From positions 1,476,927-1,540,926 of the forward strand of contig MU053513.1 in NCBI GenBank assembly GCA_013239625.1: a stretch of 64,000 nt of DNA, read 5' to 3'. The first letter of the stretch is position 1. Every line of letters begins with the position of its first letter. Origin of the DNA: Lama guanicoe. Lineage: Eukaryota. This document shows positions 24,985-38,207 of the stretch, piece by piece. Made by a program: the position numbers and the translations under genes. Below the pieces are notes generated by a model. It was not told where the DNA came from and made no database searches. It worked only from the letters and a program-made list of their open reading frames with translations.

Positions 24985-26519
24985 GTGTCAAAGGCCCTTT
25001 AGCTGTCAAGGGGCTGTCCTCAGTGGGATCACAGATGAGCTCAAAAATCAGACTGGACAAGTCAGAACAGATACAACAACAACAACAACAAATAAAACAC
25101 TTGACTTGCTATTCAGGTTCACATAAGAGGAAGATAGACTTGTGGGAGCAGCCAGGGCAGGCGATGCCACCTGCTGGACAGTCAGGGTACATTTTTTAAA
25201 TTGTCGAGTGAGTTCTGCCATATTGGACAAGGAGATGGAGAGTTTCCGACCAGTGAAATAAGCATTAGATCACCTGGAGGAATCTTTCTGGAAGCTAATT
25301 AATTTCTTTTTAAAGCTTAAAGCCAGGTTATTAACAATGTTTATCAAGAAAGTCAAAAAGGAGGGCTACAGACAAACTCCTAGGAATTTTAGATCACTCT
25401 TGCAAACACCCACCCATCTCTGTTTAGTCAGTATGCCTTCTTACTTCAGAATTCCCTTGGACGTCATTTCAATAGAAATTCAATAAACATGTCCAAGTAC
25501 AAATGAATATTTCATCCCCTGGAAAGGAACATGATTGATTTCATTTTTTAAAATCACCACAGTTACCAATAGTCTTACTTTCAGTTTAATATTGAGGGGA
25601 GCCTCACAGATATTCCCAGCTCATCAACTCATAAGTTAATATGTTGAAATTGACCGCTCGTGTATAGAAAAGAATCAAGTAGGGAATATATCCAGGGAAT
25701 GTATAATCATCTCTACAAACTCACCTCTTTGGCATATAAATTAAGAGTTTCAGTCCAGAAATAAGCCTTCTGAAGCAATATAACTTCCCAATTCATTTCT
25801 CAGAACTCAACTTATCTTAGAGCCTTAAAAATGGTTAACGACAAGATTCTATGCTCCATGAAACCTCAAATGCTAATGATATTTTCAAACAGCAAATGAC
25901 ACACAGAGCATTTGACAACGAACTGCCACTTTCTTTTAATGTGTTTCATTCTTTTAAAAACACGCCTGAAGAAGTCAGCAATCACCCCTTAATAGTTTAT
26001 GAAAACATAAGCAATAATGACTCCAGAAGCAAAATACCCACAGTCCAAGTCAGAGTCACTAACCCATCAAATCGCTCTCATCGGAAGAAGCTTTGAAGGT
26101 TTCTAAGGCCAGTCTTCATTCTCCAAAAAATGGTGGGGATATTTTTTCCCCCTTAATCTTTTTTTTTAAGTCAAACTAGCAAGAACTTATTATTCCAATG
26201 ATTACAATGCTTTAAAAAAGATCCAGACTTATTACTACAATGCTTTAAAAAAAATCCAGGCAAAATTATAATTTTTAACCTAAAGAGCCATTAAAATCCT
26301 TCACCATAGGGTTTCTAACCTAAAAATCTGTCACTTAGCCATTTAAGTCTGCTTCTGGGTCTGACCTCTGTGTTGCTGCCCCCTTACTCAGGCCAAAGAG
26401 AGCAGTTAACTGACCCTACAACCGTGCTCTACAAGTTTTGATCCCCTCCACGACTTTCTTCAGTTGAGTGACTCAGAACACCGCTCTGGTAAAGTATTAA
26501 CAGGAACAGTTTTGCAGAG

Positions 26520-26740
26520 AGCTCAGGACATCAAACTCAAAACTAGGTTCAAATCCTGCCTTTGCCACTAATCAAGTATGTGCCCCAGAGCAAGTTATTT
26601 CATTGCTTTGGACCTGTTTCTTCATCTTTAAAACGGGGGATAATCATTACCCACCTCGGGGCTCGCTGAGGATGCAGTGAGCTGATCCATTTTCTGTGAC
26701 TAGACGCACAGTAGGCACTCAACACATTTGCTGAAGTTCC
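26520..26740 (+). mobile_element. MIR SINE
   Basis: 'ctaggttcaaatcctgcctttgccact...caagttatt...ctgtttcttcatctttaaaacggggataat' MIR core. Confidence 0.7.
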
Positions 26741-27778
26741 TCATCACGAATTAATTTTTAGTGCTTAATGTATACCAGGCTCCATGCCAAGTGCTGGGAC
26801 ACACGATGAGAAGGACATAAACAGTCCCACCCCCAAAAAGTTGATATTCAAGTAAGGAACCTAGACTAAAAGCAAACTGATAAAATAACTACAAATCACG
26901 GTGCTTTGTGATGGAAACAAACAAGGGCTAAAATCAAGAATACAGAGAAAAAGGGAAAAGAGAAGGTCAAAAAAGACTTTTCCAAAAAAGTGGCACTTAA
27001 ACAAACAACAGAAAGATGACAAGGACCTAGCTATGCAAATAGGAGGAAGGGTGTTCAAAGCAGAGAAAACAGCAAGTGAAAAAGGTCTGAGAAAGATAAG
27101 CACTTGGAAGGCAAAGGAAAGTTCCATGTAACCAGAGCACAGAGCTAGGGGGAGCATGGCAAGGAGGAGGGTGAGGCTTTGGAGGCCACTGTAAAGAGCT
27201 TGAAAGGGACTGATGGGGTCCCATTTAACGTGAAGCAGAGAGGGTCATCTGCTGGTGTCCCAACCAGGGGTCTTGTTCTAATGCAGGCCAGCCTCCCAAG
27301 TATGGAGGCAAGGGATCCCCACGCACCAGCAGGTATCCAAGAGACCTCTTTTCTAAAGCTTATGTGATTGCAAAAAATACAGCCTAGGAGTCAGGCAGCC
27401 ACAGGGATAAGCCAGAGGTTCCAGCTGATGAGGTGACACTCCTGCTGGACAACCACAGGCAAGACTGCTGACAAACAAAATCCTCACTCAACGGGGATGA
27501 TGGAAAAAAACGGGGGATCAGATGTGCTGGTTCTGCAAAGGCTGGTGCTCTCTGGTCAATGACGCACGCTTTCTCACGGGTCTTGGGTGCTCAGGCACCA
27601 CCAGTTACTGTGGGTCTCACTCCCTGTGTGCCACTAGGAGAGATAAGGGGTCTTTTGAAGACTCTCGTTCCTGTTGGTCTAAACACTCCATCTAGCTGTA
27701 ATGTGCCTGCAAGGAGACAAGGGACCACCTTCCTCTGAGCCTTTAAAGACATCTCTCTCCCTCTCTCTGCCCTTCCTC

Positions 27779-27784
<6 letters not shown>

Positions 27785-27812
<28 letters not shown>

Positions 27813-27845
27813 AGCACACGCACGCGCAAGCGCGTGCACACACAC
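27785..27845. repeat. (CA)n / (CG,CA) alternating purine-pyrimidine tract
   Basis: Seen directly. Confidence 0.9.
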
Positions 27846-28412
27846 TTTAGCCTTCTTACTTCAGAATTGGCCTCCAGTCTACACCTGGGCAAGTCCTTTA
27901 TCTTGCCTCCTTCCTCCTCGTTCTTTCTCAGTAGACTCTGGGCTTCTTAGTAGAAGCTGAATCATCCAAAAAGTAGTGCCCCTTCCCCCGGGGACAGAAA
28001 GGAGCTGAAAACCAAAGAACCACTCCAAAGAAGCAAAAAGTGAGGCACTGACATTTTCATTTTAAAGAAAGCTGAACACTTACGTCCTGCGGTAGATATT
28101 TTTAGGGCGCTCTCATTACGGGGCAGCACAGAGCCTGTTGGAGCAGCCACAGGAGAAATGACGTGAGGGTGCAACAGGTGACAGGGAAACTGAAGAAGTG
28201 GATGTACTTGGGAGGCATTTTTGGAAATACAATGAAAAGGACTTGCTGTGAATTAGACGCAGCAGGTTAAAGAGCAGTAATGTGAAATAATGATGCCATT
28301 TCCTGTCAAAGAAAGGTGAGGAAAATGGGACTTTTAAGAAAAATTTAACATTTCATCCTTAGACATGTTAAGGTTTTGACACACCAACTAGAGATGTCAA
28401 GAGAGCAGTTGT

Positions 28413-28535
28413 GGGGGGCTGGTGTATAGCTCATGGTAAAGTGTGTGCTTAGCATGCATGACATCCTGGGTTCAATCCCCAGCACCTCTGTTTAAATAAA
28501 CAAACAAACTTAATTACCTCCCCCCAACCCCCAAA
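28413..28535 (+). mobile_element. tRNA-derived SINE
   Basis: SINE head and tail; imperfect TSD aagagagcagttg / aagggagcaattg. Confidence 0.88.
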
Positions 28536-31500
28536 GAAGGGAGCAATTGAATATCTGAGTATAGAGTTCAGAACAGAGGCCCAAACTGGTGATAGAGATT
28601 TGGTGGCTGAAACTATAAAGATGTTTAAAGCACAGGAAAGGATGAGTCACCCAAGAAGAGCGGACCTGAGGGGCAGGCACCCAGGTCCGAGGCCTGAGGA
28701 ACACCAGGGATGGAGCTTACGCAGAGAAGAAAGAGCCAGGCACGGCAGGAGTGGTGAAGAGGGCAGGACGTTGCAGGAAGGTGGCCACATTGTCCCCATT
28801 AGCCCATTACCCTAAAGCAGCCCACCGATCTTCCTCCATCCCTTAAATCTGCAAGATATTATTTCCTCATTTTTTCCCAGTGCCACTGCAGAAGAGGAAG
28901 TTTCCTTCTCGTTGTATAGGGAAGAAAGTCTTCGGTTTATTTCATTTTTACAGTTGTTTCCTTTTCACAGGAAAGCTGTTAAAATAAAATTAAGACAAAT
29001 CAAATTATTTTTACAACCTATCTGAACAAGCGGGTAGAAATTCTAACTTCCAGGAAAACTGCTTTTCCAAAGCTAATTCATCGGAGCTATAATTTTTTAA
29101 ATCATAAACATTATTTCCCACATATTTTTAGATGACACGTAAGATAATGAAGCACGAATCACGTTCTGCTCACTCCCCTCTGCAGGAAGGGACCTTGATA
29201 AGAGAAAAATCTATACAAGGAGAATTCAAGTTGCATTTTTACAAGCTTAGCTTTTCCATAATCAGTTGCTCCCACTGAGAAGTCAATCTTCTTATCACAC
29301 ATGTCAATTCCATTCTCCTAAAAGCAAAAGTGATCTTTAGAAGCCATTGTTTCAGAGGATCCTTACCTACAAAACTATAAGAGGATAAAAACCTAATAAG
29401 GGCTTACTCATATCAAACACCGCATCAAACACCGCATGCAAACTGAGGCGAAATCATCACAGGGGTTAACCCATCGTTTGCCACTTCGGGAGTCTGTTTC
29501 TCTAAGACAACAAATTCTTTTAGCAATACCAAGTTACACTTAGAAAATCACCCATTTAACGAAATTAAAAGAAATCCTACTCTCATATGTGGCTTTTTCC
29601 CATACTACGTCACATGCACGTCCGCACTTATCTAACTGTATGAGAGAGCTCTTTCATGTCTCTGTTTACCGTGATAGATCCTGAGTGCTGGAAGTCATAT
29701 CTACTGCTCCGCCCCTGCGCTCCGCCGGGAGCTCCTGAGAGCAAGCAGGAAAAGGTCCGTGATTCACTTCCACTAGAATCACCGAGAGGAGGGGTCAAAA
29801 TGCAGACTCCTGGGCCCCGCCTCCAAATATATGGAATTAGCTCATTTGTAAGGATTTCTAACAGCTCTGATGGGGCCTTCGAACTTTATCAAGGAGATAC
29901 TGAATCCAAAAGGCATAACTACCTAAGACCTCCAGGGTGATATTTCTTCTACTTACTCACACAATTGTTTGGAAATTACTGCCACAAAATCAGTTGAATA
30001 AAGGAGAAAGTGTCACCCTGGATAAACCTCAGGATAACAGAAACAGCTTATGACTGTTCTGTCTCACAGTATTGTGGTCATGTGTATCTCATGTGTTTTT
30101 ACTGAATCGAAGCAAATAATTTGGGGATTTTCAAACTAAGAGACCTTAGAGGTTATACCTTGTTACAAAATACGTTGTGAAAAAAATATACCAAAGACAC
30201 GTTAAAAACATAAAGGCCTGAACAATCACATGTATTACTCCCATCATTTATTTATACAAAACTAGAAGTCTGACATTTAAAACCCCAAATCTTTATTGTT
30301 TTCAGGATAAAAAACATTCATCACTTTTTTCATGAAAAGGTTTTTATTTGAGGAGTTATATTTTACATATAAGAAATATTATAAAGTTATTAAAGCTTTA
30401 CAAATAATTTACCTTTTGATCAATACATGAAGAGTTATACATCTGTAAGCAGAAATACAGTAAATACTACATTTTTAAATAATAAAATATAATTTATAAT
30501 TTCACATATTAATGGATTTCCAACATTCAATCTCACAAAACATTTCAAAGTATATGCTATAATTTTTATAAAAGAGAAAATACTTTCTTTTCAAAACAGC
30601 GTTTTACCTGTATGTTGTCAATACTATACTACATACATGACACAAACAGTTCGAAATATAGAATGTTTACTAAAAACTGTCCTACAGAAATTTTTCTAAT
30701 TTCTCCTTTTTGTTCCTATCGCTTGAAAATATTCATGGCTGAACTTCAGTCTTATAGAGACGTAATGTCTCCAGTTGAAATAAAGACATTCTCCTCAGCT
30801 TCTGCTTGCCCTCCTAGCAGACAATAACCATGAGTCATTTCTCAGAACTAGGTTTTCAGGTAACAGGTAGGGACAGGCTGTACCATTTGTACACTTCACA
30901 ATCTTAGAAACATTGTATACCCAGGACATGTGTAAGCACTTGGAATTACTCTGATACCACTTTCGATCTGCATCAAGAACATAATAAATGTGCATTTTAC
31001 ACAGAGCACTGGTACTTGGGACTGTGAGCTGAATAGCATCTCCCTCTTTATTCACTCATTGCAAGGGTAATTCAACTGTCCTTTTAACCTATCACTTCCG
31101 CCAGAGTAATAGGGTGCTGTTGGTCCCGTATATTTTTACACGTACCGCAGAGTGGAAGGGTAAGCATCTGACCACTCTTCTACATCTTTGGCGGATACCG
31201 GCGCTCTGTTTAGAAGAACCATTATTTTGAAAACTCCATTTGCAGATAGAATTCATTTTGCTGCTATGCTAGGGAGGCAGTGATAACTGAAAGAACCCAG
31301 GAAGGTGCTCTCTACACTTGCTGGAGGCCAGGCAATAACATGGACCCAGGCAAAATGTGCTTTACTTGGAAAATATCTATTCATTAAATTTATGGGGGAA
31401 AATATTGCAAATTAAACATCCTTTGGAAAAATTTAATTACCTCTATTTAGCTAATTATCTGTCACATTATAATACAGGATACAGCAGCCCCAAACAGAGG

Positions 31501-32582
31501 TTAACTAATGACAGCCTTTATAATTGAATTCTTAAAGGGTTTCACATGGTATAATTACATAACTATATTTTTGAAACATCATAGAAACCAAAAACGCACC
31601 CATCAGTAATCATCTGAATGTCAGACTTGATCAGAGCCAAGCTACGTACAAGCCCCCATTGAACCCAACTTTTAATCATCCTTTGCGTTCTCTCCAGAAA
31701 AAAAAAAACAGAGTGTGCTCTTGGTGGCCACTGAAAGATGCTGCTCTGCATGAAAGGGAATCGAGAAGAAAATAATCAAAAGAAGAAAAAAAGGAATAAA
31801 GCAATCATCCTGCACTGGGGGAAAAAAAATTCTTACAGAACAAGAGAAAACAATACAGGCCTTCTGAAAATGTTTAGTGGTGCCAATGAAATGGCACTTT
31901 TTTTTTTAATGACTTCATCTCCTTGTACCAGCAGAAGGTAGCCTCCCCTTGTCAACTGTGACAACTAAAAAGAAACCCTGTTCCTTTTGTGCCCTGAGAG
32001 TTTTACCAAAAGGCACAAAGTTCACAGAGAGATGTATTTTCAGGTAAGAGAACCAAATGACATAAAGAAACTGACCTAGTTATCAGTTTAGCAACAGAGG
32101 TGAGAGAAAAAGATATTTCAAGGAAAAACTTATCAATATTAAAGCACCTGTGCCCAGCTGACACCCTTAATGATAACTGCCCACTTAATGCTCACAAACA
32201 AGTTACAACTGCAGCTGTACATGGCCATCCAAACCTTACGCACCAAAATTCTAGAAGGATCATGGTGAGCACAACCACTTGGTCAATATGAGGTTCCACA
32301 AATCACAGGGAATCTGCACCCAGTGTCACTCTTCGTGCCCAAAAGGGAAGAAGAATCGACAGCCAGTAATAATAAACAATGACTCATCACTTCAACTCTA
32401 ACATCTGGTGCCAAGAAATTTATTTTTTGTTTAAATGTTTCTGTGAGCCTTCTAAGTCATCCAATAGCTTTCCCATCAATAAGAACATCGGCTCTTTTTT
32501 TGTACGTCCTTCTACGAGAAGCGGATTAAGAAGCAGTAGGTATTTGGGGACCTTCAAAAAAAAAAGAATTAACAAGTAGCAA

Positions 32583-32765
32583 CTATAAACAAAAAGGTCC
32601 TACAGGATAGCACGGGGAACTATAATTAATACCTTGTAATAACCTACAATGGAAAAGAATATGTGTGTGTGTCTGTGTGTGTGTGTGTGCACGCGACTGA
32701 ATCACTATGCTGTACACCAGAAATTAACACAACATTGTAAATCAACTAGACATCATTTCTTCTTT
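32583..32765 (+). mobile_element. L1 3'UTR fragment with internal (TG)n
   Basis: 'aggtcctacaggatagcacggggaactata...gactgaatcactatgctgtacaccagaaattaacacaacattgtaaatcaacta'. Confidence 0.85.
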
Positions 32766-34187
32766 AAAGTAGCAATAAATTACTACCACCTGGGCTGGAT
32801 CCTATTTCCAAACGATGGGCAAGGGCAATAAGACAATCCACATTCTATAAACCGTTCTCGTTACATATTAATGACTAAAACAATTTCTGTGCAGGTTTCA
32901 GGTTAATGGGACAAAGAATATCAGCTTCATGGCATTAAATCTATGTGAAAAGGGAGTGAAAGGCAGTAAAAGTGAAGTTGCACCAGGAAACAAGAGAGTT
33001 ATCTGAGCATTAGCCCAGCATGAAAAGGGACCGGCTTCTGATTTCCTGGAACACAGCCCGCACAGGTTATGATTTCTGATTACCAGGGCAGCAGGCAGCA
33101 TTTTCCAGCTAACACTTTAGAAGAATGCTTGGTCACACCATGCTCTGCCTTCTTAAATGATCTATGTTGAAACCATTCATTTCCATCTCTCTTACATCAG
33201 TAAAATGTCAAGTAAGACTGATAAGATGGGCATTTACCCTCAATTTTCTCAATAATGTAAGGTTTTAGAGAGAGTGCATTAGAACTCTGAAATAATAGGC
33301 TAATATATTTTCTCAATTTTCCCTTCCCCTTTCATTTCCCCTAGGGGGCCTCTATTTCTGATAGTATCTCCTCTAAAGTTTAGGGGGCCTAAAAGCATTG
33401 CTCTTTAACCCCAAAAATAAAAAAGTTCTCAAACATAGTTATTTTCTGAGTAAATATCTTTCAAAAGAAAACTTCTACAAAGACAATAAACCTTCCCTGC
33501 ACTGCTTATAAAGGGTAACATAACAGTGGGGATGGGTGGAAAGGAAATAATGCTGTAAGAACTGCTAAAAAAAAAAAAAAATCAAATAGAAATGGTTTCT
33601 ACCTTTTCTGCCTCTTTTTCACCTTCTTCTCCACTTGCAAATGCATACACAACACAATAGATTTCAGCAAGTTTAAGAAGCAAGAAAGCAATTACAAAGA
33701 TGCAAATAACAAAATTCAATCAATCCTTGTTTTACAAAAAGAGACAGCCGGACATCAGGAGGCTGTCGGAATCTTCCTCCCCTTATTCAGTAGATTTTTT
33801 TTTAATGTTTCTAGACCTCTAGTCAGCATAATTCACATTTCATGTCCTGAACATATCCTGTTCAAACTCATAGTAGAACAAAATGAAGATGTTATAAGGG
33901 AAATTATATACTCTAGTCCTAGTTTTCACTGCATTGAGATTATATGTGGTAAACAAAACATGGCTGTCAATGGGGAACAAAATCATCTATCTAGAAATAC
34001 TCCAGAAAAACAACTTTGAAAAAGCTCTCGAATGAATGTTAAAATTGATCACATTTTAGGCAATTTATTTCAAGCATACTACATATGCATTAAAAAGTGC
34101 CCAGAAATCAAAATTATATTTCAAAGAATATATTCTATACACATAATATCAAACCGGAGTCCATAACAGTGTCTAAAAGATCTTACT

Positions 34188-34193
34188 TTTATT
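34188..34193 (-). terminator. GIPC2: Candidate proximal polyadenylation signal (AATAAA) of GIPC2
   Basis: TTTATT on the + strand about 50 nt past the stop codon; usage unverified and more distal AATAAA motifs exist. Confidence 0.35.
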
Positions 34194-34244
34194 TTTTAAA
34201 GCAACAGTGGTTCATTCCTCCAGAGACAACTGTTCACATCATGG

Positions 34245-34390
34245 TCATTCTCGTTTGGCATCACCAATGACGCCCCACACATCAAAGACAAATTCATCCG
34301 GGAACGCAAAGTCTCCAAGAGTCTCATCAAGCGCCACAGCGAACTCATCCGGATTACCTTTGTCCTTTCCAGCTTCAAACATTGTGGTGG
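34245..34390 (-). CDS. GIPC2: GIPC2 last coding exon (GH2 domain C-terminus)
   Basis: Acceptor tctttttgatAG; translates (A)TTMFEAGKDKGNPDEFAVALDETLGDFAFPDEFVFDVWGVIGDAKRE*, the GIPC2-type C-terminus; phase matches the previous exon. Confidence 0.97.
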
Positions 34391-35779
34391 CTATCAAAAA
34401 GAATTTTTTTTAAATTAATGATACATGAAACAGCATCAGAGGGCTGATTAAAAAATGGCACTATATTTCTAGTACAAATTAAAACAATAAGATACTCTGC
34501 ATCAATCACGTATCAGCGCAGGAAAAAAATTTTTTTTTTAATCAACCTGTCCGCTGCACCCAGGTCTGCAGCTACTACCCCCGCCCTCTCCTCCATCGTG
34601 GAGCCCCTTAGTTGGGAACTTCTGGTGTTCCCGTGTATAGAACAAGGGCTCCTGAAAGGAAATCTGCTGGCTAACCCCAACAGAAGATTCAGAGCACATC
34701 CCTTCCCCACCTCCCCACAGGCACTGGCTCTCTCTGCGCTCCTTGCCAGACCCCCACCCCCAACCACAAAAAAAAGACAAAGGGTAACAGTTTGCAATGG
34801 GACCATCAAGCTAGGGAAAAGGAGGAGAAGATAGCTGTCTACTCATGGAATCAAAGTAACTTTTTTTGAGCCTCTTTCCAGTTCAGGATAGAAAGTGAAG
34901 GCGGTGCCCTTGCTCTGTTTTTCTAATAAGTTGCCTGAACCCCAGATTTTATGCCTGGGGATCCAGCATCTTCAGGATTCCCATGGGACCTGCCCCACCT
35001 AGCTGGGATCCCATCAGGCTCACTGGTTTTTTTTCTCAGCCCCCTATAAGCACCAGCTGCCAAGAAGAGGCAGTGTGGATGTGATTCAGGACTTGGGTGA
35101 AGAACCCCCAGATAAAAGGGAACCATCAAAGCGCAGCCTCTCTTTTCCTTTCAGGTTCACGTTGAACAAATCAAAAGTTGTATGATTTCTCTGAATGAGC
35201 CGAGAGGTCTGGTCTTTCAGCTAAAATTCACTAGGGCTCCTGAGAGTATTTATTCTTCATCTCAAACAGCTCAGTCCTAACACAGGTAGGCGAGGGGAAG
35301 GGAGGAGATATGGTCCATAGAAGGAAAGGCACCTCAATCAGAGGAAAGGTGGGGTGTGGATGGGGCGACCTGGGGCAGGGATCAAAGCCCTAGTTAAGGT
35401 GAAGAGGGCTTCCATGTGACTGGATAGCCTGGTGCAGGGCGCAGAGTCCAGGTGCAGTGGGGAGGGGGAAGGGGCAAGGAGGACAGCAGCCCGCTGATGA
35501 GAGGCTGGTCGCACACATAGAGACGGATCACATAAGAGTATATATATTGAGTCATGGGAACCACATTTTTTCACTGTCAGAGAAAGGTAAATAAGAGAAG
35601 GGAGAAAGGTAGAATAAAGACTGCAGAATTAGAAATGTAGAGATCAGTGAAATATTTTTTTTCAAAAGATTAAAAACTGTAAAGGTAAAGACATGAACAC
35701 ACACATTCCTCAGTCCACTATGGGGGCCTGGGAGCAGCGACACCCCAACAGCAAAGAGCATACAAAACACCCAGATCTT

Positions 35780-35868
35780 GTTTTTCTTTTTAACAGAGAT
35801 ACCAGGGATTGCACCCAGGATCTCATGCATGCTAAGCACGCACTCTACAATTGAGCTATAACCTCCCC
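35780..35868 (-). mobile_element. tRNA-derived SINE
   Basis: Antisense SINE flanked by AGATCTTG direct repeats. Confidence 0.88.
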
Positions 35869-36714
35869 GAAGATCTTGGTTCTTAAATATCATTCTCCAC
35901 TAAAAAAAAATCAGATTTCCTCAAAGAAACGGCTGATTCCAGGTCTGGAGCAGGCATAGTACAAAATGAACCAAGAATATCTTCTGCCAGAAAGTTAAGA
36001 AAGTATCTAAAAAAAAATGGGAACATTGTGAAAAAGACACAGAAATCAGAGTGTAAGAACTCCCACTGACCACATGAGGGACAATTTGAGCATCAAAATA
36101 AGTGGTAAGGGTAATAGATTATAATTCCATTGAACGAAACAAGAAACTATGAATCCATAATGAAATGAGAGGCTGATTGACAAAGAGGTGAATGGATGGA
36201 ATATTTGGTTGGTTGATTCATGGGAAATGGGATATTTACATAGCTTCAGAATCTCCCTCCACCAAATGCTTATTACAGAGAGAACAACCTTACGGCGAAG
36301 AAGCTTAGCAAACACCACCTTAAACGAGTCATCAGCATAATTGAATCTCTTCTCTTCGGCATCACCCCCCTGTCTCCCACCTTGCCCCAGGCTTCAGCCA
36401 TGGCCCAACAGGTTCTCCATTCACCACCAACACAGAAGCAAACACTTCAAAAGGGAGAGGTCCTCAACTGCAGCTGGACCCTCTGCTCCAGCCCAAGGGC
36501 CCAGTCAAGTTCATTAAAATTTTCACGTATACATTTTTAACTATATGCCAAGGCTGGCCGGGATACAGTAAAGCAAACACTCAAATACACCATTTGACTT
36601 TGTAGATACGGCTTCTGAAAAACAATTTGGCAGCAAGTATCAATCTTTAAAAATGTTCACATCTTTTGACCTGCTAATATTTTCACTTCTGGGAATCTAT
36701 ACTGCTTTTTTTCT

Positions 36715-37400
36715 GGTTTTATTATGATATAACTGATATAAATCGCCACATAAGTTAAAGGAATGCAGCATGATGATTTGACCGAAGTACATCATGAAGT
36801 GATTACCACAATAAGTTTAGTTAACATCCATCATCTCCGAGAGATACCAAAAATAGATATTTTCCCTTGTAATAAGAACTCAGGATTTACTCTCTTAACA
36901 ACTTTCAAATATATCACACAGCAGGGTTAACTATAGTCACCATGCTATGCCTTGCACCCCTGGTACTCATTTATCTTAGAACTGGAAGTTTGTATCTTTT
37001 GACCACCCTAACCAGCTCCCTCTCCTCCACCCCCAACCTCTGGTAACCACAGATCTGTTCTTTTTTTCTAAGAGTTTGGTTTTGGGTTGGGTCCCCCCCA
37101 CCTCACCTGCTTTGTTTTGTTTTTAGATTCCACAGGTAAGTGAGATTTCACAGTATTTGTCTCTCTCTGACTTATTTCACTTAGCATAATGCCCTCAAGT
37201 CTCATCCATGTTGTCACAAATGGCAAGATTTCCTCCTTTTGTGGCTGAAGAATATCCCATTGTATGTATATCTCAACTTCTTTGTTCATTCACCTGCCCA
37301 TAGGCACTTAGGTTATTTCCACTTCTTGGCTATTGTGAATAATGCTGCTACAAACAAAGGGGTGCAGATACCTCTTCAATATAATGTCTTCATTTCCTTC
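36715..37400 (-). mobile_element. Older L1 3' end
   Basis: Antisense L1 3'UTR and ORF2 end (ORF 37068-37289: EILPFVTTWMRLEGIMLSEISQRE). Confidence 0.88.
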
Positions 37401-37484
37401 ACATTTAAGGGAATCTATACTTTTTTTCAAAAAACCTTAGAAACAGAAAAGAATTTAGCATAAAATTTTTATAGAAAAACCTAA

Positions 37485-37588
37485 GGAGGGTGTAGCTCAG
37501 TAGTACATAGTGTGTGCTTGGCATGCATGAGGTCCTGGGTTCAATCCCCAGTACCTACTTTATGAAAAAAAAAAAAGAAATTTTTTTT
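37485..37588 (+). mobile_element. tRNA-derived SINE
   Basis: SINE body, poly(A), TSD AAAAACCTAAG on both sides. Confidence 0.9.
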
Positions 37589-38207
37589 AAAAACCTAAGA
37601 GGCAGGGTTTTTTTAATAAGCTGTAGGACCATTAAGCTACCTCTAGTATGATGAAATATAGTGGATAAAATATTTGATAAAATATTTCAAAATAATTTTA
37701 AACCATACTTACGACGAACTTTGCAATAACTTGGGGAAATCTGTTTCTATATTTACTGAAAAAATAGTACATAAATTTTATATTACAATCACAACTGTTT
37801 TTACAAAAATCTCTACACAGGACAGGTAAAGGGAGAAGTGTATGTTAACACAATTATAATAAAATATTTACGGCAGAATTTAGGTGCAAGGTATAGAAGT
37901 GCTCACTAAGAAGCCTTTCAACTGTGCTGCATGTTTGAAAATCATAATAAAATATTAGGGAGAGGAATCTCTACACAGACAATGGAAGAAAACGTAAAAC
38001 ATAGTAGATACATTCAAGTTGGAGAGAAAGTTTTTGGGGTTTTTTAGGTTTTTTTGGTTTGGGGGGGAGATTTTGTTTTGTTTTGTTTTTTGTTTTTTAC
38101 CTCGGGCTTGTTTAATGCAGTAAAACTATGCTTGAATTATAAACTCTGTAAGCTCATGGGTAACAGCTATATTTTGGAAATTATTTCCTAAGCCATTAAG
38201 AAACACT

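Noticed and set aside
26187..26260. Two-copy direct repeat (tacaatgctttaaaaaa..atccag), also an 18-mer x2 at ~5641-5676
   Set aside because: Simple local tandem duplications without spacers; not CRISPR-like.
34196..34413. ORFs 34196-34378 (-) and 34207-34413 (+), likewise 46457-46657 and 52692-53096
   Set aside because: Wrong-frame or antisense shadows of the GIPC2 exons.
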